Shown one piece after another: positions 38,562 through 50,399 of a stretch of 64,000 nucleotides of DNA. The stretch is taken from positions 180,794,001 to 180,858,000 of the forward strand of contig NC_086097.1 of NCBI RefSeq assembly GCF_963921235.1, written 5' to 3'. The stretch comes from Mobula hypostoma (lineage: Eukaryota). The position numbers were made by a program, and so were the translations under genes. Each line of letters begins with the position of its first letter. The first letter of the stretch is position 1. Below the pieces are notes generated by a model. The model ran no database searches and was not told where the DNA came from. It worked only from the letters and a program-made list of their open reading frames with translations.

Positions 38562-39105
38562 TACCAGGGATGATTGATAAGTTTGTGGCCTAAGGTAAAA
38601 GGAGTCAATTTTCGAAAACCTAGCACATTTATTTTTCAACATAGTCCCCTCCTACATGTACACACTTAGTCCAGTGGTCGTGGAGCATACGGATCCCTTC
38701 TTTGCAGAAGTGGTCCACAGCAGGGGTGATTGATAAGTTTGTGGCCTAAGGTAGAAGGAGATGAGTTATTAACTTCAAACTTTCTGCATTATCACTTAAA
38801 GGGTTGAATTGCACGTGCATGTAACGAGAGCATCTTGGACCTCCAGGTGGTCCACAGCCTGTGTGATTGATAAGTTCGTGGCCTAAGGTAGAAGGAGATG
38901 AGTTATACAGCTCTTGTTACATGCACGTGCAGATCAACTCTTTGAGTGAAAATGCAGAAAGTTTTAAGTTAATAACTCATCTCCTTCTACCTTAGGCCAC
39001 GAACTTATCAAACACCCCTGTTGTGGACCACTTCTGGATGTCCAAGACGCCGACTTCTACAAAGAAGGGATCCGTATGCTCCACGACCACTGAACTAAGT
39101 GTAAG
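38562..39105. mobile_element. Palindromic mariner-derived MITE (missing end displaced to 44202-44289)
   Basis: Starts at TA; TIR unit gattgataagtttgtggcctaaggt. The arms carry the mariner transposase C-terminus (- strand, ~38630-38710: FCKEGIRMLHDHWTKCVHVGGDYVEK*). Confidence 0.85.
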
Positions 39106-39185
39106 GAGTTTGTATGTTTTCCCTGTGGCTCATATTTTCTCCAGGTGCTTCTGTTTCCCCCCACATTCCAAAGATGTGCAGGTAT

Positions 39186-40120
39186 ACCATAGAACCATAG
39201 AAACTACAGCACAGAAACAAGTCCTTTGGCCCTTCTTGGCTGTGCCGAACCATTTTCTGCCTAGTCCCACTGACCTGCACACGGACCATATCCCTCCATA
39301 CACCTCCCATCTATGTATCTGTCCAATTTATTCTTAAATGTTAAAAAAGAACCCGCATTTACCACCTCGTCTGGCAGCTCATTCCATACTCCCACCACTC
39401 TCTGTGTGAAGAAGCCCCCCCCCAATGTTCCCTTTAAACTTTTCCCCCCTCACCCTTAACCCATGTCCTCTGGTTTTTTTCTCCCCTTGCCTCAGTGGAA
39501 AAAGCCTGCTTGCATTCACTCTATCTATACCCATCATAATTTTATATACCTCTATCAAATCTCCCCTCATTCTTCTACGCTCCAGGGAATAAAGCCCCAA
39601 CCTATTCAACCTTTCTCTGTAACTGAGTTTCTCAAGTCCCGGCAACATCCTTGTAAACCTTCTCTGCACTCTTTCAACCTTATTTATATCCTTCCTGTAA
39701 TTTGGTGACCAAAACTGAACACAATACTCCAGATTCGGCCTCACCAATGCCTTGTACAACCTCATCATAACATTCCAGCTCATACTCAATACTTCGATTA
39801 ATAAAGGCCAATGTACCAAAAGCTCTCTTTACGACCCTATCTACCTGTGACGACACTTTTAGGGAATTTTGTATCTGTATTCCTAGATCCCTCTGTTCCA
39901 CTGCACTCCTCAGTGCCTTGCCATTAAACCTGTATGTTCTACCTTGGTTTGTCCTTCCAACGTGCAATACCTCACACTTGTCAGTATTAAACTCCATCTG
40001 CCATTTTTCAGCCCATTTTTCCAGCTGGTCCAAGTCCCTCTGCAGGCTCTGAAAACCTTCCTCACTGTCTACTACACCTCCAATCTTTGCATCATCAGCA
40101 AACTTGCTGATCCAATTTAC
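39186..40120 (-). mobile_element. Young CR1 3' part
   Basis: WISKFADDAKIGG and RPNLEYCVQFWSPNY; accataga tail. Confidence 0.9.
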
Positions 40121-41186
40121 CGCATTATGTTTTAATAAGTTGTGGATATGCATTATTGGCACCGCAAGCATGGCAACACTTGCAAGCACCCCCAGCACAT
40201 CCTCAGACTGTGTTGGTCATTGATGCAATAAAATTAATAAACCATAAGACATAGGAGCAGAATTAGGCCATCTTGCCAGTCACGTCTGCTCTGCCACTTC
40301 ACCATGGCTGATTCACTTCCTTCTCAATCCCACTCTCTTGCTTTCTCCCCATCACCTATCACACCCTGACTAATCAAGAACCTATCAACCTCCACTTTAA
40401 ATACACCCAGTGACCTGGCCTCCACAACCACCTGTAGCAAAGGATTTCAACAGATTCATCACTTTTTGCCTACAAAATTTCTTCTCATTTTCATTCTAAA
40501 TGGATGTCCCTCTATTCTGAGACTGGTCCTAGAATCACCCACTATAGGAAACATCCTCCGTACATCCACTCTATCCAGACCTTTCAATATTCAATAGGGT
40601 CCAATGAGATCTGCCCTCATTCTTCTAAATTTCAGTAAGTACGGGCCCAGAGGCATCAAACGCTCTCCATTCCTGGAACCATCCTCTGAATCCTCTCCAA
40701 TGTCAGCACATCCTTTCTTAGATAAGGGGCATAAAACTGCTCACAATACTCCAAGTGAAGCATCACCGGTGCCTTTGTCTTTATGAAAAGTCCTAAGGCA
40801 TTTGACACATACTTCAAGATCAAGAGTTACTAGGGCAGGGGTAGGATGCTTTAAGGATAAAGGAGTGAAAAAAGTGCTTAGAAGTGGAGGAGGTGGGCAG
40901 GATGCTAATACTTTCCATTGGTACTTACAGTGGAAAAGGATGTAGAGGATAATAGGACCTTTGAGTGGAGCGTGCCTAAGGTGCCAGGGTACCTCAAGAT
41001 TATGAAAGAGGTAGTGTTTGGTCTCTTGAAAAACATTAAGGTGCATAAGTCCCCCAGGGACTGTAGGGATAAACCCCAGGTTAATGAGAGAGGCAAAATA
41101 TGAGGTTGCTGAGGCCTTGACCAAGATCGTTGTATCTTTGCTAACCACAGGTGCAGTGCTGGTGGACTGGTGGGTAGCTAATGATG

Positions 41187-41797
41187 TGAAGAGCCTAGCA
41201 ATCCCAAATCGTCAAGTCCTGAGTTGGAGGTCTGTACAGGTGGGAGTCACAAGGATCAGTGACCTCTCAGGTCACTGGGGTCTGAAGCATTCCACAGTCA
41301 AAAGTCAGATTGGATCAGCAGGTGCAGAGTAAACTAGAAATCCCCAATTTATTGAGTCACAGGTTGGAGGTTTGTACAGCTGTGAGTCCCTGAGAGAAAA
41401 ACTGAAGGTCGGAGTCCAGAGCTTAGCAAGCCTGGAGTTATAAAGCTCAAAGCTCAGAAAATCTAGAGGTAGAGGCTCAAAGGTTGAATTTACGAGTTCA
41501 GGTCAGGAACTGGAGGTTGGAGGCCTGATGTTTGTAAGTCTGAGAGCCTGGGACCAAGGATTGGAGGCCTGGAGGTAGCCAGTCCTGGGGTTGGAGTCCT
41601 GTGTTGTGAGGGGGTGGGTGGAAGAGGGACTTGTTTTGCTCTGTTATTGCCGCTGCTTGTGTTTTGCTGAACATTATGTGCATGCTATCTTGGTGCTGAA
41701 AAGGATGGTAGCACTTAAGTGTTGGTTGTTAATGCAATCAATGCATTTCACTATGCTTGATGTACATTTGATAAATAAATCTGAAATCTGAAATCTA
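41187..41797 (+). mobile_element. Non-autonomous element inserted in a decayed CR1 (40775-42190)
   Basis: Flanked by ctaatg; 3' part shared with 25100-25277 and 40125-40240; ends aataaatctgaaatctgaaatct. Confidence 0.55.
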
Positions 41798-42199
41798 ATG
41801 TGTTGTTCCTATGTTCAAGAAGAGAAATAGTGCTAATGCTGGAAATTAGAGTCTAGTGAATCTTACATCAGTGGTAGGGAAACTAATGAAGGAGATTCTT
41901 AGGGATTAGATTTCAGAGCATTTGAAGAAACATATTCCAATTAGGGATAGTCAGCATGGCTTTGAGTGGGACAGGTTATGTCTGACAACTTTGATTGTAT
42001 TTTTCAAGAAGGTGACATAGGTGATTTAAGAAGGTACAGCAACACACATAAAATGCTGGAGGAACTCAGCAGGCCAGGCTGCATCTATGGAAGAGAGTAC
42101 AGCCGGGATGTTTTGGGCCAAGACCCTTCTTGGATTTGCAGCATCTGCAGATTTTCTCTTGTTGATGAAGGTACAGCAGTGGATATTGTATACTGTATA

Positions 42200-43930
42200 T
42201 CCTGTGCCTTCCCCCGAATTGCTTCTAGAAATACCAGCCAGTGCTAATCTGCCATCATCCCTGCCAGTATACTTTTCCAATCTATTCTAGCCAGCTCTTT
42301 TCTCATTCCTCTATAATTCCCTTTACTCTACTGTAATACTGACACATCTGACTTTAGCTTCTGCTTCTCAAATTTCAGGGTGAATTTGATCATATTATGA
42401 CCACTTGCCCCTAAGGGTTTTTTTTTACTTCTTAAACTCTCTAATCAATTTCAGTTCATTGCACAACACCCAATCCAGAACAGCTAATCTCCTAGTGGGC
42501 TCAACCATGAGCTGCTCTAAAAAGCCATCTCATAATATATTGTAACATTGCCCTTTTGGCATGCATTTTCTATCTCCCATTATAACTTGAAGACCACATC
42601 CTTACTACTTTTGGGGGTCTGTGTATAATTCCCATCAGGGTCTGTTTACCCTTGCAGTTCCTTAGCTTTATCCACAATGTTTCAACACCTTCTGACACTC
42701 TGCCACCTCTTTCTAATGATTTAATTTTTTTTTTACTAACAGAGCCACATTACCCCCTTACCTTCCTGCCTGTCCTTTCGATACTATGTGTATCCTTTGA
42801 TATTAAGCTCCTAGCTATAGTCTTCTTTCAGCCATGATTCAGTGATGCCTACAACATCATACAAGCCAATCTGTAATTGTGCTACAAGTTTATCAACATT
42901 ATTCCATATACTGTGCACATTCAAATATAACATCTTCAGTCCTGTATTCACCCTTATCAATTTTGTCCACCTTTTATGTTGCAACTCATCCTGTTGACTG
43001 CAATTTTGCCCTATCATCAGCTTCTCATTGCGAGGAGTCTCACTACACACTGCCTCTGTTTGTAAACCAACTACCTCATCTTCAGCACCGTCACTCTGGT
43101 TCCCATCCTCCTGCCAAATTAGTTTAAACCCACCTGAACAACTCTAGCCAACCTGCCTGCAAGGATATTGGACCCACTCAGGTTCAGGTGTAACCCGTCC
43201 CTTTTGTACAGGTCATGCCTTCCCCCAAAGAGATCCCAATGATCCATAAATCTTAACCCCAGCTCCCTGCACCAGTTCACCAGCCATGCAATCATCTGCC
43301 AAATCATCCTATTCTTACCCTCACTGGCACGTGGCACAGGCAGAATTCCAGAGATTGCCACCCCGTAAGTCCTGTTTCTCAGAACGGCCTCACCTTGTTT
43401 ACCTATGTCATTGGCACCAATGTGTACCAAGACTTCTGGCTGCTCACCCTCACGTTTGAGAATGCTATGACATGATTTGAGATATCCCTGATCCTGGCAC
43501 TAGGGAGGCAACATACCATCCAGGTGTCTCTATTGTGCCCACAGAACCTCATCTCTTTTCCTCAGACTAAGGAATCTTCTATCAATACTGCAGTGTTCTT
43601 CACCTCTCTGCTCTTCTGAGCCGTGGCACCAGACTTGATAGGCTACCCCCTCAGTAGTGTCTAAACAGCTGCAGGTGTACTCTGCACTGGCTGTGCATTT
43701 TCCCTCCTTCTCCTGACTTCACCCAGTTACCTGTTTCCTGCAGCTTAGGGGTGACTACCTCCCTGTAGCTCCTGTCACCTCCTTATTATCCCATATGAGT
43801 CAAAGGTCATCAAGCTGCAGCTCCATTTCCTTTATACATTTTCTAAGGGGCTGCAACTCTTGTGCACCTGCTGCAGATGTGTTTATCTCAGAGACTGGGC
43901 GTCTCTTAGACTTCCCATATCCCACACAGC
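42200..43930 (-). mobile_element. CR1 5' region (ORF1 esterase and ORF2 endonuclease), decayed
   Basis: VHIGANDI...ISGILPVP...DGLHLN (SGNH esterase); LYLNVHSI...DVVGITESWL (APE). Confidence 0.85.
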
Positions 43931-43939
43931 GTATACAAG

Positions 43940-44201
43940 TTGGCGTGGCACAGTAGTTTTGTGCTGTTGAAGTCAATCCTATGGCCATTGCGAATGCACA
44001 AAATTACTGTGCCATGCCAATGGCTTTGGGGACCGTTATGTGAAGGAAGCCGTTGAAAGAAACTAATGAAAAAGAATTTAAACAAAGATGAAGGTCTCAC
44101 TCTAAGTAAGAATTAGAATTTGATTGTAAACAAGGTGGGAGAGAGGAACCCTGCTTACATCAGGATTAACCAATCAGGAGGGACAGACAACAAGGGTAAT
44201 A
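43940..44201. mobile_element. PLE family B fragment with a short foldback
   Basis: 43940-43998 matches the - strand GIY-YIG region of 12985-13045; 44000-44201 matches 13472-13632 on +. Confidence 0.75.
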
Positions 44202-44328
44202 TACGAGGAGTGATTGATTAAGTTCATGGCCTAAGGTAGAAGGAGTCAATTTTAGAAAACCTAGCACATTTATTTTTCCTACACTTACAGGCAGCATCCA
44301 AATTGAACCCTTATGCTCGTGTTGTAAT

Positions 44329-44622
44329 TTGGGCACGTGGCCAAGTGGTTAAGGCATTGGACTAGCGACCTGAAGGTCGTGAGTTCGAGCCCTAGCTAAG
44401 TGTCCCTGAGCAAGGCACTTAATCACACACATTGCTCTGCAACAACACCGGTGCCAAGCTGTATAGGTCCTAATGCCCTTCCCTTGGACAACATTGTGTC
44501 GTGGACTTGCAGCGTGGGCAACTGCTGGTCTTCCATACAACCTTGCCCAGGCCTGCGCCCTGGAGAGTGAAGACTTTCCAGGCACAGATCCATGGTCTCG
44601 CAAGACTAACGGATGCCCTAAA
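44329..44622 (+). mobile_element. tRNA-derived SINE inserted in an older - strand SINE head (44290-44665)
   Basis: A box tggccaagtgg and B box gttcgagcc; 10-bp TSD gtgttgtaat at 44319-44328 and 44623-44632. Confidence 0.85.
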
Positions 44623-46627
44623 GTGTTGTAATAGCATTAACCTAACCACTAAGCTACTGTGCCATCCTTCCTAGTTCTCTTGTCCCTTCTTGAGTTCCAT
44701 CTGGCTCCTTTACAGTCCTCCAGAGCCCTGTTTGATTCCAACTTTCTAAGTCTTTTATATGCTTTCTCCTTTTTCTTGACTAAATTAACTACTTTCACCA
44801 TCCAAGGTTTCCGTACTTTGCCATCATTGTTCTTCCCACTTATTGGAACAAACTTGTTGTGAATTCTGCACAGCTGGTCTTTAAACAATGCCCACATATC
44901 AGATGTGAATTTGCCTGAAAACAACTTTTTCCTATTCTCCTTAGCTCCTGCAAAAGGCTACTGTAAAGAGGAAAATGATGCAATACTCACAGGGCATGTG
45001 CTTAATGATAGCAAACGGAAGCCTAGACATTAGCAAATCTATGGGCACCAGTTCAGCGCTTCTATTTAAGGGCAGAATTTCTAACCCAACATTGATATAT
45101 CAGTTTCATCACAGTCATAAAATAAATACTTATCAGCATTTTTTTGTCTTATTCTATATCAATCAACATTTGACTAGTTCACTTGTTCGTTTAAGTTTAT
45201 TTAGTTTATCTGTATCATTTTACCTTCTTATTTATGGAATTATTTTTCACATGCCATCATCCTCTAGAATAGCAGATAAGTACATTTCCAAGAGAGAGAA
45301 ATTTAGGCATAAAAGAACATTTCATAACAAAATCAACACAAATTAGATTGCAGTCTCTGGTGCCTCAGTATTTATGCCCCAGGTAAATGACACACCCAGT
45401 AACACTGCATTATTTTGCAGTTTAAATTAGGATACTTAATTTTAGAAATGTCTTTACATTTTTATTGGCTGTGAGATTAGTTCTGTATTGCATTACTGCC
45501 ACCAACATTCATGCTACTTTGAGTGCTTGTGCCTAAGGGAATCCCCATGTATTTTTTGTTGGAAATCAGAAGGGCAGGTTTGCTGAGTTGAATGATGTGG
45601 GCATGATTAATTCGAATCAAAAGACTTGCAGATGAATACATAATTGAACAATGGGCTATTTTTCAAGAGGTGATAATTCAGTTTGAACCAAGTTGTATTT
45701 ACAAGAAAGGAGAAAGGTAGGGTAAGCAATGCCAGACTTCCATTGTTGGTGGAAAAAAATGTTCAAAGAAGCATGAAGAGTGATTTTATGGTAAATATCA
45801 TGTTAATATTACAAGTGAGATTGAGGATAAATATAGAAGGATCAGAAAGAAAATGTAAAAGAATTCAGTGTGAACTCATCAATTACAGAATTATCTGTAC
45901 AATCTTACTGATGTAAGCGTGATAATCCACGGCTGGTTTTTGTTTAGGATTACCTTTCCTACAAGCCCATTGTTCAGTTATATATTTGCTTGTAAGTCTT
46001 TTGATCCTAATTTACCTTTCAGAGCATTTTCAATGAAGTGCCACATAATAAGCATGTCATAAAAATGGAAGCCCAAAGAATAAAAAGGTTGTTGCAAAAT
46101 AGATAAGAAGCTGATTTAGGAAAAAGAAACAGACGAGGGGTGAATGGCGGCTATTTCAGCAAGAGGAAGGGAAGGTAATGGGCCTCAGGGATGAGTACTT
46201 AGACCATTGTACTGTTAATAACCTGAACATGAAATATAGAGCACAATTGCAAAATTGACAAATAACTTCTTAGTGTGGTAAACTGTGATGAGGTTGGTAA
46301 TAGATTTTAAGCAGACACAAATAGTCTGGTGGAATAGACAATTGTGTAACAGGTGAAATAGAACATAAAACAGTTCAGTACAGACCCTTCAGCCCATGAT
46401 GTTGTACTGACCTTTTAAACTACTTCAAGGTCAATCTAACCCTTCCCCTCACATGGCCCTCCATTTTTCTTTCATCCATTGCCTTTTTAGAGTCTCCTAA
46501 ATGTCCCTTATGTATCTGCCTCTACCACCATCCCTGGCAGCTAATTCCATGCACTTGGCCTGCATGTAAAAAAATGCAGACTATCTCTGATAATCCTACC
46601 GATACTTTCCTCCAGTCATCTTAAAAT

Positions 46628-47940
46628 GATCAGAATCAGGTTTAATAACACTGGCATATGTCGTGAAATTTCAAACAAGAGAAAATCTGCAGCTGCTGGA
46701 AATACAAGCAACACACATAAAATGCTGGAGGAACTCAGCAGGCCAGGCAGCATTTATGGAAAAGAGTACAGTCAACATTTCAGGCCGAGACATCGACTGT
46801 ACTCTTTTCCATAGATGCTGCCTGGTCTGCTGAGTTCTTCCAGCATTTTGTGTGTTGTCATGAAATTTGTTAACTTTACAGCAGCAGTACAATAAAATAC
46901 ATGATAAATAAATATAGAGGGGAAAATGGAATTACAGTAAGTATATATGTCCATTTAATAGTTAAATTAAAATAAGCAGTGCAAAACAACAGAAATATTA
47001 AAGTAGTGAGATAGTGTTCATGAGTTCAATGTTTATTTAGAAATCAGATGGCAGAGGGGAAGAAGCTGTTTCTGAATTGCTGAGTGTGTGATTTCAGGCT
47101 TCTGTACCTCCTACCCAACAGTAACAGTGTGAAGAGGGCTTGCCCTGGCTGGTGGGGATCCTCAACGATGGCACTGCTCCTTGAAGATGCCTTGGATATT
47201 ATGGAGGCTGGTACCCATCTTGGAGATGACTAATTTTACAAGTTACTGCAACGTATCTTGAACAGTAGCCCCCTGCCCCCCACCATACCAGACAATGATA
47301 AAACCAGTTAGAATGTTCTCCATGGTGCATTTGTAGAAGTTTTCGAGTGTTTTAGTTGACAAATCAAATCTTCTCAAACTCCTAATGAAATATAGCCACT
47401 GTCTTGCCTTCTTTATAGCTGCATCGATATGTTGCATTTAGGTCAGATCCTCAGAGATCTTGACATCCAGGAACTTGAATTTGCTCACTTTCTCCCTTTA
47501 TGATCCCTTTACGAATATTGGGTTGTGTTGCCTCATCTTACCCTCTTTGAAGTCCACATCAACTCTTTGGTCTTGATGACATTGAGTGCAAGATTGTTTC
47601 TGCAACACCACTCAACTAATAGGTATACCTTGCTCCTGTACGCCCTTTCGTCACCATCTGAAATTCTGCCTACAATGGGTTGTATCATTAGAAAATTTAT
47701 AGGTGGCATTTGAGGTATGCCTAGCTACACAGTCATAATGTAGAGAGAGTAGAGCAGTGGACAAGCACACACCCCTGTGGTGTGTGTGATTGTTGATTGT
47801 CAGCAAGGTGACATTATTTCCAATCTGCACAGTGTGTGGCCTTCCATTTAGGATCTCGAGGATCCAGTTGCAGAGGAAGGTACAGAGGCCTAGATTCTGT
47901 AGTTTTCTGATCAGGACTGTAGGAATGATGGTGTTAAATG
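46628..47940 (-). mobile_element. Rex1/Babar 3' part with a PLE foldback insertion at 46672-46855
   Basis: KKARQWLYFIRSLRRF and ENILTG motifs; atcagaatcag tail. Confidence 0.8.
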
Positions 47941-50399
47941 CCCTCTCATAGTAGCTATTTCTGTCCTGCGATAAAGGTGCTGGATGTCCATTGTATCAAT
48001 GCATCTTATCATCGGATAACCTCTACCAAGTCATCTCTAATCCTCCTTTGCTTCAAAGAGGAAAGTCCTAGCTCACTTACTTAACCTCATAACATATGCT
48101 CTCTCATCCAGGCAACATCCTGGTAAATCTCTTCTCACAATACTCTAAGTCTGGTTTAAACTGAGTTATACAGAGCTGCAACATTCCCTCACAGCTCTTG
48201 AACTCATCCCCCAACTGATGAAGGGCAACACACCATATGCCTTCTTAACCACACTATCAACTTGAGTGGCAATTTTGAGGAATCTATGCATGTAAGTTCA
48301 CGTTGGGAAGGAGGATATCAGATGACTTGGTAAAGGTATAAGATGATAAGAAGCTTAGATGGAGTGGACATCTTTAACGCAGGGTGGCCATGATAATATG
48401 CAAGAGCATATTTTTCAGATGATTGGAGGAAAATACAGGGGGAGTGTCAGAGGCCATTTTTATACACAGAGGATGGAATGCACTGCCAAGGGTGATTATA
48501 GAGACAGAAACATTAGGGAAATTTAAAAGACTCTTAGATCGTCACATGGATAACAGAAAAATTGAGGGATATGTGAGAGGAAAGGGTTATGTTTATTTTG
48601 GAGTAGGTTAAAATGTTGGCACTACATGATGGGCTGAAGGGCCTGTACTGTGTGTACTGTTCTATGTTCCATGAAATAGCTGCATGCCCCGTCACTGAAT
48701 TTGATCATAGTTTATCTGCCCCTGGCTTCCTCTTCTCTTCTGTGCCATTTTCTTACAGCCTCCAACTGCTCACTTCATATATTTTTTCCCTTTTTAAGAT
48801 ACCTTCAGTAAGAAGTTCCAATGCATCCCTATCTTAAATGGTCACCCACTAATTGTAATTATGTCCCTTCACTCAAGACATTACCACAAATGGAAACATC
48901 TTGACATGAAGGGTCTTGGCTTGAAACGTTGACTGTACTCTTTTCCATAGATGCTGCCTGGCCTGCTGAGTTCCTCCAGCTTTTTGTGAGAATCACTTTG
49001 ATTTCCAGCATCTGCAGATTTTCTCTTGTTTGTGATCTACCTTGACATGCCCCATTAGGATTTTATAGGTTTCAATAAGATCTCCCCTGTTCTTCTAATA
49101 AAAATTTAATTTCTTTTGTTACTTGTGATATTCCTCTCATCTCAGAAATAAATCTAGTGACTTTCTTTTGGACAGCCTCCATTGCTAGTATATTGTTTTT
49201 TTAAATAAGGGGAGAAAAACCATGCACAGTATTCCAGATGTGACCTCATCAATAAATCTCTTTTTTTGCAACACTTCTCTATTTCTAAGTTCCAGCCTGC
49301 CTGCAATAAAATCCAAGATGCCATTTATCTTCCTAGATGCTTGCTACATGTGACTATTAACCTTTTGTGATTCATGAACAGGTCCATCAAGATCCTCCTG
49401 TACCTTGCTCCTTTTAGATCATGATCTGCCTTTAGATTCCTCTTACCAAATGCATGATCTCCCACATTCCCACATTGTTGGTATTGGTTTATTATTGCCA
49501 TATGCACCAAGATACAGTAAAAATCTTGTCTTGTATTCTTTCTATATAGATCAAATCATTACACTGTGTAATGAACTAGTATAAGATAAAACAATAACAA
49601 TGCAGAATAAAATGTAAAATCTACTAGAAGAGTGTAGTGCAGGTGAACAATAAAGTACAGGATCCTATCAAGGTAGATTGTGAGTCCAAGATTCCATCGT
49701 GCAAGTGGCCATTCAAGAGTCTCATAATAGTGGAATAGAAAATGTCCTATTTTGCATGATTTTGCATGCTTTCAGCCTTTTGTATAATTTGCTCAAATGC
49801 AGAGGAGAGAAGAGAGGATGTCTGAGGTTGTTGGGATCTTTGCTTATACTTCATTTGCCAAGTTTTCACACACTCACTTGATATATCTATGTGTTATTGC
49901 AGGGTCTAAGTATCCTCAGTGCAGCATGCCCTCCGACCGATTTTTGTGGCATCAGCAGTCTTGGATACCTTACACTATGCTCCATTCTTGATCAGTACTA
50001 TAAATAGTAAATAATTGATCCTTGGGTACTCTATGTGTTACATCCTTCCAACTTGGAAAAAAAAGACTGTTTATTCCCATCCTCTATCTTCTATATGATA
50101 ACCAATCTTCAATCCATACTGCCACATTTCTTCATTTCCATGAACTCTTATCTTGTACACCTGTCTTTTATGTGGCACCTTGTCAGAGCCTTATGAAAAT
50201 AGAAATATCTTACAACTACCAGTTCCCCTCTACCAACTCTGCTTGTTATAACATCCTTGAAGAACTCTAGCAAATTTGCCAGATGTGATTTACCTTTCAT
50301 AAACTACGTTGACTTGGTTTAATTACTTTTCTTCATTATAGACTCCAGCATCTTGCCAAAAACACTCTCCTTTCCAGAGGGATTGATGCTGGATCTCCT

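Noticed and set aside
38562..39015. Repeated ~35-bp units resembling a CRISPR array
   Set aside because: Eukaryotic context, irregular spacing, mixed orientation and non-unique spacers; explained as mariner TIR copies.
43119..43430. SGNH/GDSL esterase-like ORF as a host or bacterial gene
   Set aside because: This is the known CR1 ORF1 esterase domain, directly upstream of a CR1 endonuclease remnant.
44333..44400. tRNA-like sequence as a tRNA gene
   Set aside because: No acceptor-stem closure; it continues into a SINE body and is flanked by a TSD.
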